DNA from: a virus
Lineage: Duplodnaviria; Caudoviricetes
DNA length: 64,000 nucleotides
Strand: one strand, 5' to 3'
Virus record (IMG/VR): IMGVR_UViG_3300042892_000699
In this document: one piece after another, positions 35,701 to 46,400 of the stretch
Layout of the letters: each line of letters starts with the position of its first letter
Position numbering within the stretch: position 1 is the first letter of the stretch
The notes under the pieces: generated by a model
The model's input: only the letters and a program-made list of their open reading frames with translations
Told to the model about the DNA's origin: nothing
The model's database searches: none
Position numbers and translations under genes: made by a program

Positions 35701-35724
35701 AAAAAGGGCCTTCGGGCCCTTTTT
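35701..35724. terminator. Intrinsic terminator (bidirectional-looking) with cUUCGg loop
   Basis: aaaaagggcc-ttcg-ggcccttttt, 10-bp stem. Confidence 0.88.
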
Positions 35725-35778
35725 CTATTTTCAAATAAATAACTCTAGTAACGAGCCGTTACGTGGAAAGGGAAACTA

Positions 35779-38700
35779 ATGGCAGATAATATTGATTTTA
35801 GGGTCAGACACGGCCTTGCAGTAACAAACACAGCCACCGTTGAAAGTACGCTAACTTCAGTATCTACTGAAACTGGCGCATTAGTAGTGCAAGGTGGTGC
35901 AGGTATTGCAAAAGATGTCTACGTTGGCGGAATTATTGATGCAGCTGGAGACATTACCTCCGGTGGAGCCTTAGAAGTTGCAAATACGGCAACTATTTTA
36001 TCACAAACTGAATCAAACAACGTCACTACTGGTGCAGTTGTTGTATCGGGCGGCGCAGGTATCGGTAAAAATTTAAATGTTGGTGGATCCCAAACACTTA
36101 CAGGATCATTAACAGTAAACAGTGCAACTCAATCTAACGATACCACTACTGGTGCATTAAAAGTAGTCGGAGGAATTGGCGCTGGCGGCAATCTTAATAT
36201 TGGTGGTAAAGCAACTGTACAAAGTACTACAGGATCAATCTCTACTCAAACAGGAGCATTAGTAGTATCGGGCGGTGTTGGGGTCGGAGAAACAATATAT
36301 GTTGGCAAAGACTTATATGTTGGCGGTACATTGTATGGAACAGTACTAGGTAGTATCAGCACTGCAACAAATTTGTTTAGCGGATCTACAGGTCAAATAC
36401 CATATCAAACTGGTCCTGGTGCAACTAGTTTCTTTGGCCCAGGTTTTGCTGGTCAATTATTAGTTTCAGCAGGAGCTGCGGCTCCTGTGTACACAAACAC
36501 AGGTAGTATCTATGTTAATGCAGCACAATATGCAAACAGATTAATTGGTGGAGCTACTGGTAGCATTCCTTATCAGTCTGGTGCAAGTATAACAACATTC
36601 TTAGCTGGCGGTGCAACTGGTGCGTTTTTAAAGTACAACGGTTCGGCTCCTATTTGGGCAACAACAGCATCGTTCACCGGCGGCACTGGCAATAGTGCGT
36701 CAGCTGGCGGACAAAGTGTGTATGTTTCCAGTGGCGGTGTAGGTGTAGTTGGTAACAGTTATTTTGCAAACGACTTAGGAGTCAATGGTAGTTTAACCAT
36801 TGCCGGTCCTACTACGTTTAATAACATCGTAACATTTGCTGGTACTGCAACTTACGTTTACTCTTCAAACTCTGTCCTTACTGACTCTTTATTAGTATTA
36901 CACGCAAATACTTCAGGAGGATGGACATTTAATGATAACTTAGACATTGGTATCAAAGGTGATTACTACGATACTACGCTAAATCAGGCAAAATCATTCT
37001 TCTTTGGTTTTAAACCTAGTAACCGTTATCTAGAATTCTTGGTACGTGGTACTGAAAGTTCTCCAGGTGTCTTTACTGGTGATTATGGTGACTTAAAACT
37101 AAACACTATTCTTTTAACATCTACTGCAACCAGTACCAACTCAGATACTGGTGCACTAGTTGTACCGGGCGGTGTTGGTATTCGTGGTAATGTTAACTTA
37201 CAAGATACTGGACAACTAGTTGTTGGCGTTAATTTGGCAGCGCCTTTACCTGATGCTCCTATCAACGTAGCAGGTAACATAGACAGTTATTTCCAAATTA
37301 ACGTTCAAAACGTTAATTCCGGAGTTAATGCAAGTGCTGATTTTGTAGCAACAGCAGACATCGGTGATGATACTTCAAACTACACTAACATCGGTATTGC
37401 CAACAGTAATTTTGCCTATCCAGATGCCAGTATTGCTAAACCTTTAGACAGCTATGCATTTGCCTATGGCGGTGATTGGATACTTGCTACCGGACTGCCA
37501 AATAAGAGATTTGAATTTTGGAATGATGGAACTGCTATTCCAGGAGCTGGTCCGTTAGTTACATCCACTACTGGTACACTAACTGTAAGCATCAGCAGTT
37601 TAGGTATGCTGGTTCATGCTAAGACCAGTGCAACCAGTACATCTACAGGAGCGTTGCAGGTACGAGGCGGAGTTGGCATTGCAGGCGACTTATACATCGG
37701 CGGAACAATTTATGGTACTGCATCTATTACAGGTGAAGTAACTACTGCAACTAATGTAGCTGGTGGTACTGCTGGACAGGTTCTTTATCAACAAGCACCT
37801 GGTATTACACAATTCTTTGGGCCAGGAACTGCTGGTAATATATTAGTCAGCAATGGCGCAAGTGCTCCTAGTTATAATAATACATTGACCCTAACTGGAG
37901 TAACAAGTGCAACATCTACATTAACGGGAGCATTGCAAGTACGTGGTGGTGCTGGTATCGGCGGCAATTTGTATCTTGGCGGAAGACTGGGTATTAAAAA
38001 TACTGCTATCAATGCTGACATAGACAGCGTAGCAGGTTGGGCTTATGATAGTACATTCAGTGTTGCTAATCCAACTGACATATTCTTTAAGCCAGACGGT
38101 TTAGTAATGTACCTAGCGTTTGCTGCTTCAATTACGCAGTATAATTTGTCAGTTGCATGGGATATTACAACAGCAGTAGCAGGTACAAGTTTCTCGATGT
38201 CTTTAATTGACTCGGCAACAAATGGATTGTTCATTAGCCCAGACGGTACTAAGATGATTACTTGTGGGCAAACAGGTGTTGTTATTGCCAACGGTTCTGA
38301 TGTTGCTAGCCAAGATAGAGCATATTACTTTACTTTAGGAACACCGTGGAATGTAGGCAGTGCAACACTGGTAAGTTCAATAAGATTTGCCCTAGGTGAT
38401 GCAGGTGGCATACCATCAGCAATGACTGCACCTCAAGCCGTTGACTTTAATAATGACGGTACAATAATGTACATAGTAGACTCAACTACTGATGCTGTAC
38501 ATCAGTTTGCGTTGAGTTCAGCCTATAACGTTGGAACAGCAACTTGGACAAAACAATTTAGTATTGCTGGTCAAGAAAGCGGACCAACTGGTCTACGATT
38601 TAACAGTAGCGGCACACGTATGTACATACACGGCAGTACTGGTGATGATGTTAATGAATATAGATTGGGCACAGCATGGGATATTGCCACTGCTGTATTT

Positions 38701-40179
38701 TATGATAAATTCTATACAGGCTGGTACGAAATAACTCCAAATGGTATATACATCAATGAGTCTGCTAACGTAGCATTCTTATGCGGATCTAGTAGTGATG
38801 CAGTATTAAAATTCCGCACAGATCGTCAAGGCGTAGAAATTGATCCAGAAACGGCTACTAGCAAAATTGAACTTGCTGGCAACACTAGAGTTACAGATAA
38901 CTTCTACGTCAGCGGACGGGCAGCATTTGAAGGTCGAGTTGACGCTCTTGGAGATCTTGTTACTGGTGGAGATATCACAATAGGCGGCAACGATTTAAAC
39001 GTTGGTTCTGCTACAGCCGCTGCTTCTTTGTTCTCTGGAATGACATCGGGTGCATTAAGCATTGCTACAAGTCAATCTTCAGGTGCTATCAACATAGGTG
39101 GAACAGCCGCAACCGGTATAATTACAGTTGGTCAATCTACTGCTGCTCAGACATTAAACTTGTCATCAGGCGCCACTGCTGCTGTTGTAACTAAAGTTGT
39201 TAATATCGGTACCGCTGGTCTTGCAGGATCAACTAGTACAATTAACATCGGATCAACAGTTGCAGGAGCATTAGGTGTTACTACAATCGGTGGAACATCT
39301 ACTTTAATTGCATCTACTACTTCTGCTATATCAACTAACACAGGCGCATTACAAGTACGCGGCGGAGTTGGCATCGGTGGTAGCTTAGTTGTTGGCGGTA
39401 CAATTTTTGGTGTTATTACTACTGCAACTAATATAGCAGGTGGTGCACCAGGAAGTATTCCTTATCAAAGTACTACAGGAACTACAACATTTGTGCCTAT
39501 CGGAACAAGTTCTTATATTTTATTATCTAATGGAACTAGTCCTTTCTGGGGAATTCAATCTGGTTTAGGCGCAGGATCTTCAGACACAATTAAAGTTACC
39601 AACAATGTAACATCATCTACTGCTCATTATTTGACATTTGTATCCACAAGTACTGGATTTGCAAACTTAAATGTAGCTGCTACAACAGGTATTACTTACA
39701 TACCTAGTGCAAACCGATTAGGTATTAACACTAATAATCCTCAGTATACATTAGATGTTAACTCTACAACTAATGCAATTATTAGAGCGAATGGTACAAC
39801 AACTGGTGGTGTAAGTTTACAGAACAGTTCTAAACAATTTACAATTGCCGCTGTTGGCACTGACCTAACATTCTACGATGATACAGTAGGACAAACTAGA
39901 GCAAGGTTCGACACTAACGGTAACTTTGGCGTTGGCGGTATACCAACTGCAAAATTTGAAGTAGCAGGTACTGTTAAAATCAGCGGCATTACTACCGTGA
40001 CCAATGTCACAGCATCTGTGAGTACAACTACAGGAGCGTTACAAGTCTACGGTGGCATAGGAGTAGGCGACAGTGTCTATGTTAAGAACCGTGTAGGATT
40101 TGTTAATGCAAGTAATGTTAGTAGAGTTTATCAAGTGTACAACACTGTTACTGATAGTTTAGATACGGTGTTTGCATAA
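35779..40179 (+). CDS. Tail fibre protein (1466 aa) with internal beta-propeller-like domain
   Basis: Shaft repeats plus blade-like repeats 'P..(I/L).F..DGT.MY......V.Q(F/Y).L..AW.(I/V).TA'. Confidence 0.8.
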   Translation: MADNIDFRVRHGLAVTNTATVESTLTSVSTETGALVVQGGAGIAKDVYVGGIIDAAGDITSGGALEVANTATILSQTESNNVTTGAVVVSGGAGIGKNLNVGGSQTLTGSLTVNSATQSNDTTTGALKVVGGIGAGGNLNIGGKATVQSTTGSISTQTGALVVSGGVGVGETIYVGKDLYVGGTLYGTVLGSISTATNLFSGSTGQIPYQTGPGATSFFGPGFAGQLLVSAGAAAPVYTNTGSIYVNAAQYANRLIGGATGSIPYQSGASITTFLAGGATGAFLKYNGSAPIWATTASFTGGTGNSASAGGQSVYVSSGGVGVVGNSYFANDLGVNGSLTIAGPTTFNNIVTFAGTATYVYSSNSVLTDSLLVLHANTSGGWTFNDNLDIGIKGDYYDTTLNQAKSFFFGFKPSNRYLEFLVRGTESSPGVFTGDYGDLKLNTILLTSTATSTNSDTGALVVPGGVGIRGNVNLQDTGQLVVGVNLAAPLPDAPINVAGNIDSYFQINVQNVNSGVNASADFVATADIGDDTSNYTNIGIANSNFAYPDASIAKPLDSYAFAYGGDWILATGLPNKRFEFWNDGTAIPGAGPLVTSTTGTLTVSISSLGMLVHAKTSATSTSTGALQVRGGVGIAGDLYIGGTIYGTASITGEVTTATNVAGGTAGQVLYQQAPGITQFFGPGTAGNILVSNGASAPSYNNTLTLTGVTSATSTLTGALQVRGGAGIGGNLYLGGRLGIKNTAINADIDSVAGWAYDSTFSVANPTDIFFKPDGLVMYLAFAASITQYNLSVAWDITTAVAGTSFSMSLIDSATNGLFISPDGTKMITCGQTGVVIANGSDVASQDRAYYFTLGTPWNVGSATLVSSIRFALGDAGGIPSAMTAPQAVDFNNDGTIMYIVDSTTDAVHQFALSSAYNVGTATWTKQFSIAGQESGPTGLRFNSSGTRMYIHGSTGDDVNEYRLGTAWDIATAVFYDKFYTGWYEITPNGIYINESANVAFLCGSSSDAVLKFRTDRQGVEIDPETATSKIELAGNTRVTDNFYVSGRAAFEGRVDALGDLVTGGDITIGGNDLNVGSATAAASLFSGMTSGALSIATSQSSGAINIGGTAATGIITVGQSTAAQTLNLSSGATAAVVTKVVNIGTAGLAGSTSTINIGSTVAGALGVTTIGGTSTLIASTTSAISTNTGALQVRGGVGIGGSLVVGGTIFGVITTATNIAGGAPGSIPYQSTTGTTTFVPIGTSSYILLSNGTSPFWGIQSGLGAGSSDTIKVTNNVTSSTAHYLTFVSTSTGFANLNVAATTGITYIPSANRLGINTNNPQYTLDVNSTTNAIIRANGTTTGGVSLQNSSKQFTIAAVGTDLTFYDDTVGQTRARFDTNGNFGVGGIPTAKFEVAGTVKISGITTVTNVTASVSTTTGALQVYGGIGVGDSVYVKNRVGFVNASNVSRVYQVYNTVTDSLDTVFA

Positions 40180-40400
40180 TGACTATAGTAGCATCTAGAA
40201 TAACTTCAACAGGTACACTGTTTATTAGTGGAGAGTTTGACGAAGTTACAGGTTCAACTATTAAGTTGACTACGACAACTTATTTTGCTGCCGAGTTTGA
40301 TGAAGTAACAATCAACGGTGGCGCTGTGGCAAAAAGAGAAACAAGCACAGGTGTAATCCTTGTGTCAAACGAGTTTAATGAAGTTGATAAACCCGTTTAA
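40179..40400 (+). CDS. Small protein with three EF(D/N)EV motifs
   Basis: 73 aa; 'GEFDEVT', 'AEFDEVT', 'NEFNEVD'; TAATG stop/start overlap with the upstream fibre gene. Confidence 0.65.
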   Translation: MTIVASRITSTGTLFISGEFDEVTGSTIKLTTTTYFAAEFDEVTINGGAVAKRETSTGVILVSNEFNEVDKPV

Positions 40401-40423
40401 AATTTACAATAAATAGAGATACT

Positions 40424-43400
40424 ATGGCAAAACTCTTAACTGGAACAAGAATATACGGCACCGGCACAGTTGATACACAACTGTTAGTTAACGGTACTGA
40501 ACAAGCAACATCGACTGCAACTGGAGCACTGGAAGTAGTAGGCGGAGTAGGAATTGGAGGAAGTTTATTTGTTGGTGGCATTGTTACCGCAACTAACTTA
40601 GTTCGACTAACTAACGCAACTGAAGCATCAACAACTAACACAGGCGCATTAACTGTAGCTGGTGGTGTTGGCGTTGGAAAAGATCTTAGAGTAGGCGGAA
40701 CAATTTACGGAACAATAGTCGGTACTGTAGTAGGAACTATTACCACTGCTTCAAATTTAGGTAGCGGTACAATTGGTCAAGTTCCTTTTCAAGAAGCGCC
40801 CGGAGTTACAAAATTCTTTGGTCCGGGTACAGACGGACAATTGTTAGTCAGTGCAGGCGCAAGCTCTACTGGACCAGTCTACACTAATACTGCATCTATC
40901 TATGTAGGTCGTGCTGCATTAGCAGATGACTTATCAGGCGGCGCAGTTGGTAGTATACCATATCAAGATGCTGCCAACAGCACTGTATTTTTAGGATTAG
41001 GTACACCAGGATTTGTCATGCTGGCTGGAGCAACTGCACCAGTATGGGTATCGACATCTACATTATCTGTAGGACGAGCTAATCAATCTGACAGTATCTT
41101 AATGGCAAATGAAGTTGCCGATACTAATGTAAACTTTATTACATTTGCTTCAACAACAACTGGATACACCACATTGAAAGGTGGTGCTATGAGCAACTTG
41201 ACTTACAAACCTAGTACAGGTTTTGTAGGTGTAGGTGCAGGGTCTCCTGCATATAGATTACATGTTGTCGAATCTGGAAACGCAGTTCCTGTATTTTTAG
41301 AACGCTCAACTAGCGGCGATATTTTACAATTATATAATCAAAGCGGACTAACTGCCAGTGAATCATCTTTGGGGTTTGTACACAAAGACAGTGCAACTAC
41401 TCCTGTTAGTGGTTCTAGAATTGCAGGATATGCATCAAACTTAGCAACTGGTGCAGTATCCGGTGGCATTATTTTCTATAGTAAAAATGCAGGTACTGAA
41501 GCAGAAAGTTTTAGAGTTAATAATCTAGGAAATGTTGGACTAGGAAACAATGCTCCTGCATACAAATTAGATATCACAGGTGGTGTTAGAATGACTGGTA
41601 TTACTACCAGCACTAATGCAACTGCTTCAACCAGCCCAACAACAGGTGCGCTACAACTAGCAGGTGGCGCCGGTGTGCAGGGTAATGTTAACGCCAGCGG
41701 CCAATTTGTTTCTACTCAGGCAAATAACACTGCTACAGGTTCTGCACAACTTTATCTAAATGGTGTAACTGGTAATAGAATTGATTTTAATATCAACGGT
41801 GTTGCTGCTCCTAGCGTAACACCTCGTAGTGTAGGTACAAAAATTGTATATTATCCGGGGCTAAGTTCTACAAGTGTAGACTATGCTACCGGAATTGAAA
41901 CTGGCGCATTATGGACCAGCGTTCCTAATGCCACAGATACGTTTAGGTGGTATGGTAGTACTACATTAATGGCATCTCTGTCAAATAGTAATTTGACATT
42001 AGGTGGTGACCTTGCAGTCAATGGCGGAGACATTACGTCAAACGCTACAACATTTAGCATAGTCAACACTACAGCAACCACTGTAAATATTGCTGGCGCA
42101 GGTACAGCGATTACCATCGGTTCTAACAGTGCAGGTACAACTACAATTAGAAACGTTGTAGCAATTACCACTAACACAGTTAGCTCAGCATACACTAACG
42201 GAGCACTGGTTGTTACTGGCGGCGTTGGTATTGCAGGCGACCTACGTGTCAACGGTACTATTTTTGGTAGTGTAAGTGTTAGTGGTATTACCAGCACAGC
42301 GACCAATATTGCAGGCGGAACAGCAGGACAAATTCCTTATCAAACCGGTCCTGGCGTAACAGCATACTTTGGACCAGGAACTGCCGGTGATGTATTAGTC
42401 AGTAATGGTACAAGTGCTCCTACATACAACAACACATTAGCGTTGGCTGGCACAACCGCAGCAACTAACGCAACATCTGGAGCATTAAGAGTTGCAGGTG
42501 GCGTTGGTATTAACGATAATTTATTTGTTACCAACAACATTAATGCAGTAAGTGGTCAATATGTTTCAACTCGCGCTAACAACACAGCAACTGGTGCAGG
42601 ACAAATTTTATTAAACGGTGCATCTGGCAATAGAATTGATTTTAATCAAAATGGCGTAGCAGCACCTACATTTACCACTAGAAGTGCAGGCACTAAACTG
42701 GTATTATATTCGGATTTATCTGCATCTAGCACAGATTATGCACTAGGTATCGAATCTGGTACGTTATGGTCCAGTGTTAGCACCACTGCTCGATCTTTCA
42801 AATGGTATGGCGGTACAACTTTAGCAGCAACACTAAGTGGTACTGGTAATTTAACATTAGTGGGCGATGCAGCAATCAACGGTGGAGACATTACAACTAC
42901 ACAAACTACATTCAACTTAGTTGATGCAACTGCAACTACTGTAAACTTTGCAGGCGCAGCTACTGCACTGACTATGGGTGCAGTTAGCGGAACAACTACT
43001 GTTCGAAACAATTTAACCGTTGCAGGAAACTTAACAGTTCAAGGAACAACTACACAGGTCAACAGTACAGTGACCAACGTCAGTGATCCTATCTTTACTC
43101 TAGGAACAGGACCGTTAGGTGCAGATCCTACAGCAGATGACAATAGAGATCGTGGTATTGCATTCAAATGGCACAACGGCACTAATGCAAGAACTGGTTT
43201 CTTTGGATTTGATGACAGCACTGGTTACTTTACCTTTGTATCAAGTGCAACTATCACTAATGAAGTTATTGCACCAGCTGGCGGAACTACTCGTGGTGCA
43301 ATTGATGCAAACTTAGCAGGTGGCGCAACTGGATCATTACCATATCAAAGTGCTGCAAACGTAAGTGCATTCTTACCTATCGGAACCGCTGGACAAATTC

Positions 43401-46400
43401 TAGGCGTAAGTGCTGGCTTACCTGCATGGGTAGCATCTAGCAGTATTACAGTGGGAACTGCAAGTCAGATTTCGATGACTAACGATAATGCGTCCACAAC
43501 ACCTCAGTTTATTACATTTGTAAGTACATCAACTGGTGCTGCAACACTCAAAGCAGATGCAATGGAAGGATTAACATTCATTCCTAGTTCTAACTTCTTA
43601 GGTATAGGTCAAGGAACTCCTGCATACCCACTGCATATTAATGTACCAACTGGGTTAGCCAGCATTGGTATGAGCGGTACTGCTGCTAACGCAACTACCT
43701 ATAAAGTCATGCAAGGTACAACTGGCGTAAGCAACGGTGGCTTCAGCTTGTATGACGTAACTAACAGTGCAACAAGATTCATGATTGGATCTACAGGCAA
43801 CGTTGGTATAGGTACAGGAACACAAGATCCTACAGATAGATTGCACATCAGCAACAGCGGTGGCACAGCAACTTTACGAGTAGGTGATAGCGCAGGAATT
43901 GCCGCGGGAATCATTGTACAAAGAACTAACAGTGGTATTAGCTCTCTAGCTCATTATTTCCTATCTAGTGCAAACAGCCCATGGCAGCACTGGGGTGAAA
44001 ACTTAACATGGACTGGAGAACGTGCAGGCACAGTAAACTCTACTCATGCACACAGACCATATTACGAAGCATATGCACCAGTAGTTGGTTACAGAGAATT
44101 TGGTTTCGTTAACCTAACCAGCGGAGCATTTACTAGCTCTAACCTAGTGTCTAATTTGACATTAAAGAACGATGCTACTACTGGTATTAATACTACTAGT
44201 CCTACAAGAGCACTACACGTAGTTTCTACTTCGTGGGATAATGTAACAGGTGCTGGTGCTATTTTTGAAAATAACAATAGTGTCGGTTCTGGAATTACAT
44301 TAAAACCGTCTGCATCTGTGGTCACAAACGGCTCCAGCGGTTGGGCAATATATGCAGGCGCAGCGGGAGCTGCAATCGGTGATGGTAACTTGGGATTCTG
44401 GGCACACGGGGATAACCAGGCTCGCATGATGATTACTCGTGCAGGCAGTGTGGGCATCGGCGAAGCCAGTCCAGGCTCATATGGTAGACTAGCAGTTAGA
44501 ATTTCTAGTAACACAGGTGTAGGCGCTGGCGGTTCTAGCGCAATCTGGTTACAGAATGCCAACGGTTCAAACAACAATGCGGCAACAATCTTCTTCGGTG
44601 ACAATGCAGCAGCCGCAATGGGTGCGATTAACTTTGTACACGCAGACTATGCTAACGACTACGGTGAAATAACTTTTGATACTAGAGGAGCAGGCGGCTA
44701 TTCAGAAAAAGTAAGAATTACTCAAGCTGGACGTGTAGGTATCGCTACTAATGCACCGAACGCAACGCTAGATGTTGCTGGCACTGTGTTTATTTCTGGA
44801 ATAACTACTGTAACAAATACTACAGTAACTACTTCAGAAACTTCAGGAGCCTTCCAAGTCCGAGGAGGTGTTGGTATCAACGGGGCATTGTTTGTAGGTG
44901 GATTATATACATCACCAACTCAATCGCTGGCCCTTACACTAGGTACTGAATCCTGGGTTAAACTATGCACCTTGGTTAATAGATGTGCGGCAAAAATTCA
45001 GATTGGCGCAGGAAGTAACAACAGTGAAGAAGAAGCAGAAATTGAAATTTTTGGTACTTATAATCTTGCAGGTACACAAATCAATGTAAAACGTCAGACG
45101 TACAATGAGCACTTAAGAGAAGTTAGAGTAACTCAAGCAACTGCTGGCGGACCTAAAATTGTTTATGTAAGATTAAGAACAACTGAGTTTGCACCAACTA
45201 TCAATTGGAGATTGTTTAGCTCTAAAGGAGTAACCTCATTAGATAACGTAGTAGAAACTCCTACAACAGGCGAGTCGGTTATCGTTGATCAAGCTAATGG
45301 ATATTTCACTAATGTAATTGCTGAATTTAAAAATACAACTCAGGCAACATCAACTAATACAGGAGCATTGCAGGTAGCCGGCGGCGCAGGAATCGGCGGC
45401 AATTTGTATGTTGGCGCAAACTTAGTTGTTAGTGGAACATTAACTGCAGGCAGTGTATCTGGAACAACTACTACTGCTACAAACGCAACAAATTCTATTA
45501 TTACCAACGATAATGCAACTGCAACTGATCAGTATGTGACTTTTGTAAATGCAAGTAGCGGGGCTAACCCGATTAAAGTAAGTGCTACTACTGGTTTAAT
45601 TTGGAAACCGAACACTGTTGCTCTGGGCATAGGCGTAAGTCCTAGCCTAGGAAAGTTACATGTGTCTGGTAAAGGTTATTTCTCAACAGAAGTGCAGGCA
45701 AATTCTGCAATAATGAACTCGGCTTCAGTTAACGGAACTAACAGTGCAGTATTTGGATCTAACAGCGGTGCTGTTCCTATCTTAATTACTAGAAACGCTG
45801 ATCCTGTTGGAACAGATTTATATATCAACGGATCTGGTGATGTAAGTATCGGTTCGTATTCTCTAAGTTCTAAGTTTGGAGTGTCCGGTCCTGCTACTGC
45901 TACCACAGTTAACAGTCAGTCAATGGTAGCCAGACTGGCAAGCAGTACAGGAAATCAAGACTACCTAGAATTTAGCAACGTTCGAGGAACTGCTGGTTCA
46001 AACTGGACTACTGCTGGATTTAGAATTCAACAGAAAGTTGATAGCACCTGGATGGGCTACATGCAGTTCAACGGAACACCTAGTGGCACAAACGATGGCG
46101 GCATTATTTTTGGAACTGGCACAACCACTGTTAATGCAAACTCAATTGCAGAGAGAATGCGAATCAGCGGTGCAGGTAACGTATCAATTGGTACTACCGC
46201 GTCAACTACACGACTAACAGTTCAGGCAGCTGGTGCTAACGGTATTGCATTGTTGCAAGACACAGGCGCTGCTGCAAATAGCGGACGACTATTCTTCCAG
46301 GCAAGCGGCGGTACATATGGAATTTTAAACACTGCTAACGTACTACAATTTAGCAGTGGTGCAACAATAGGGTCTGACAGCGGTACTAGTAGAATGGTTC

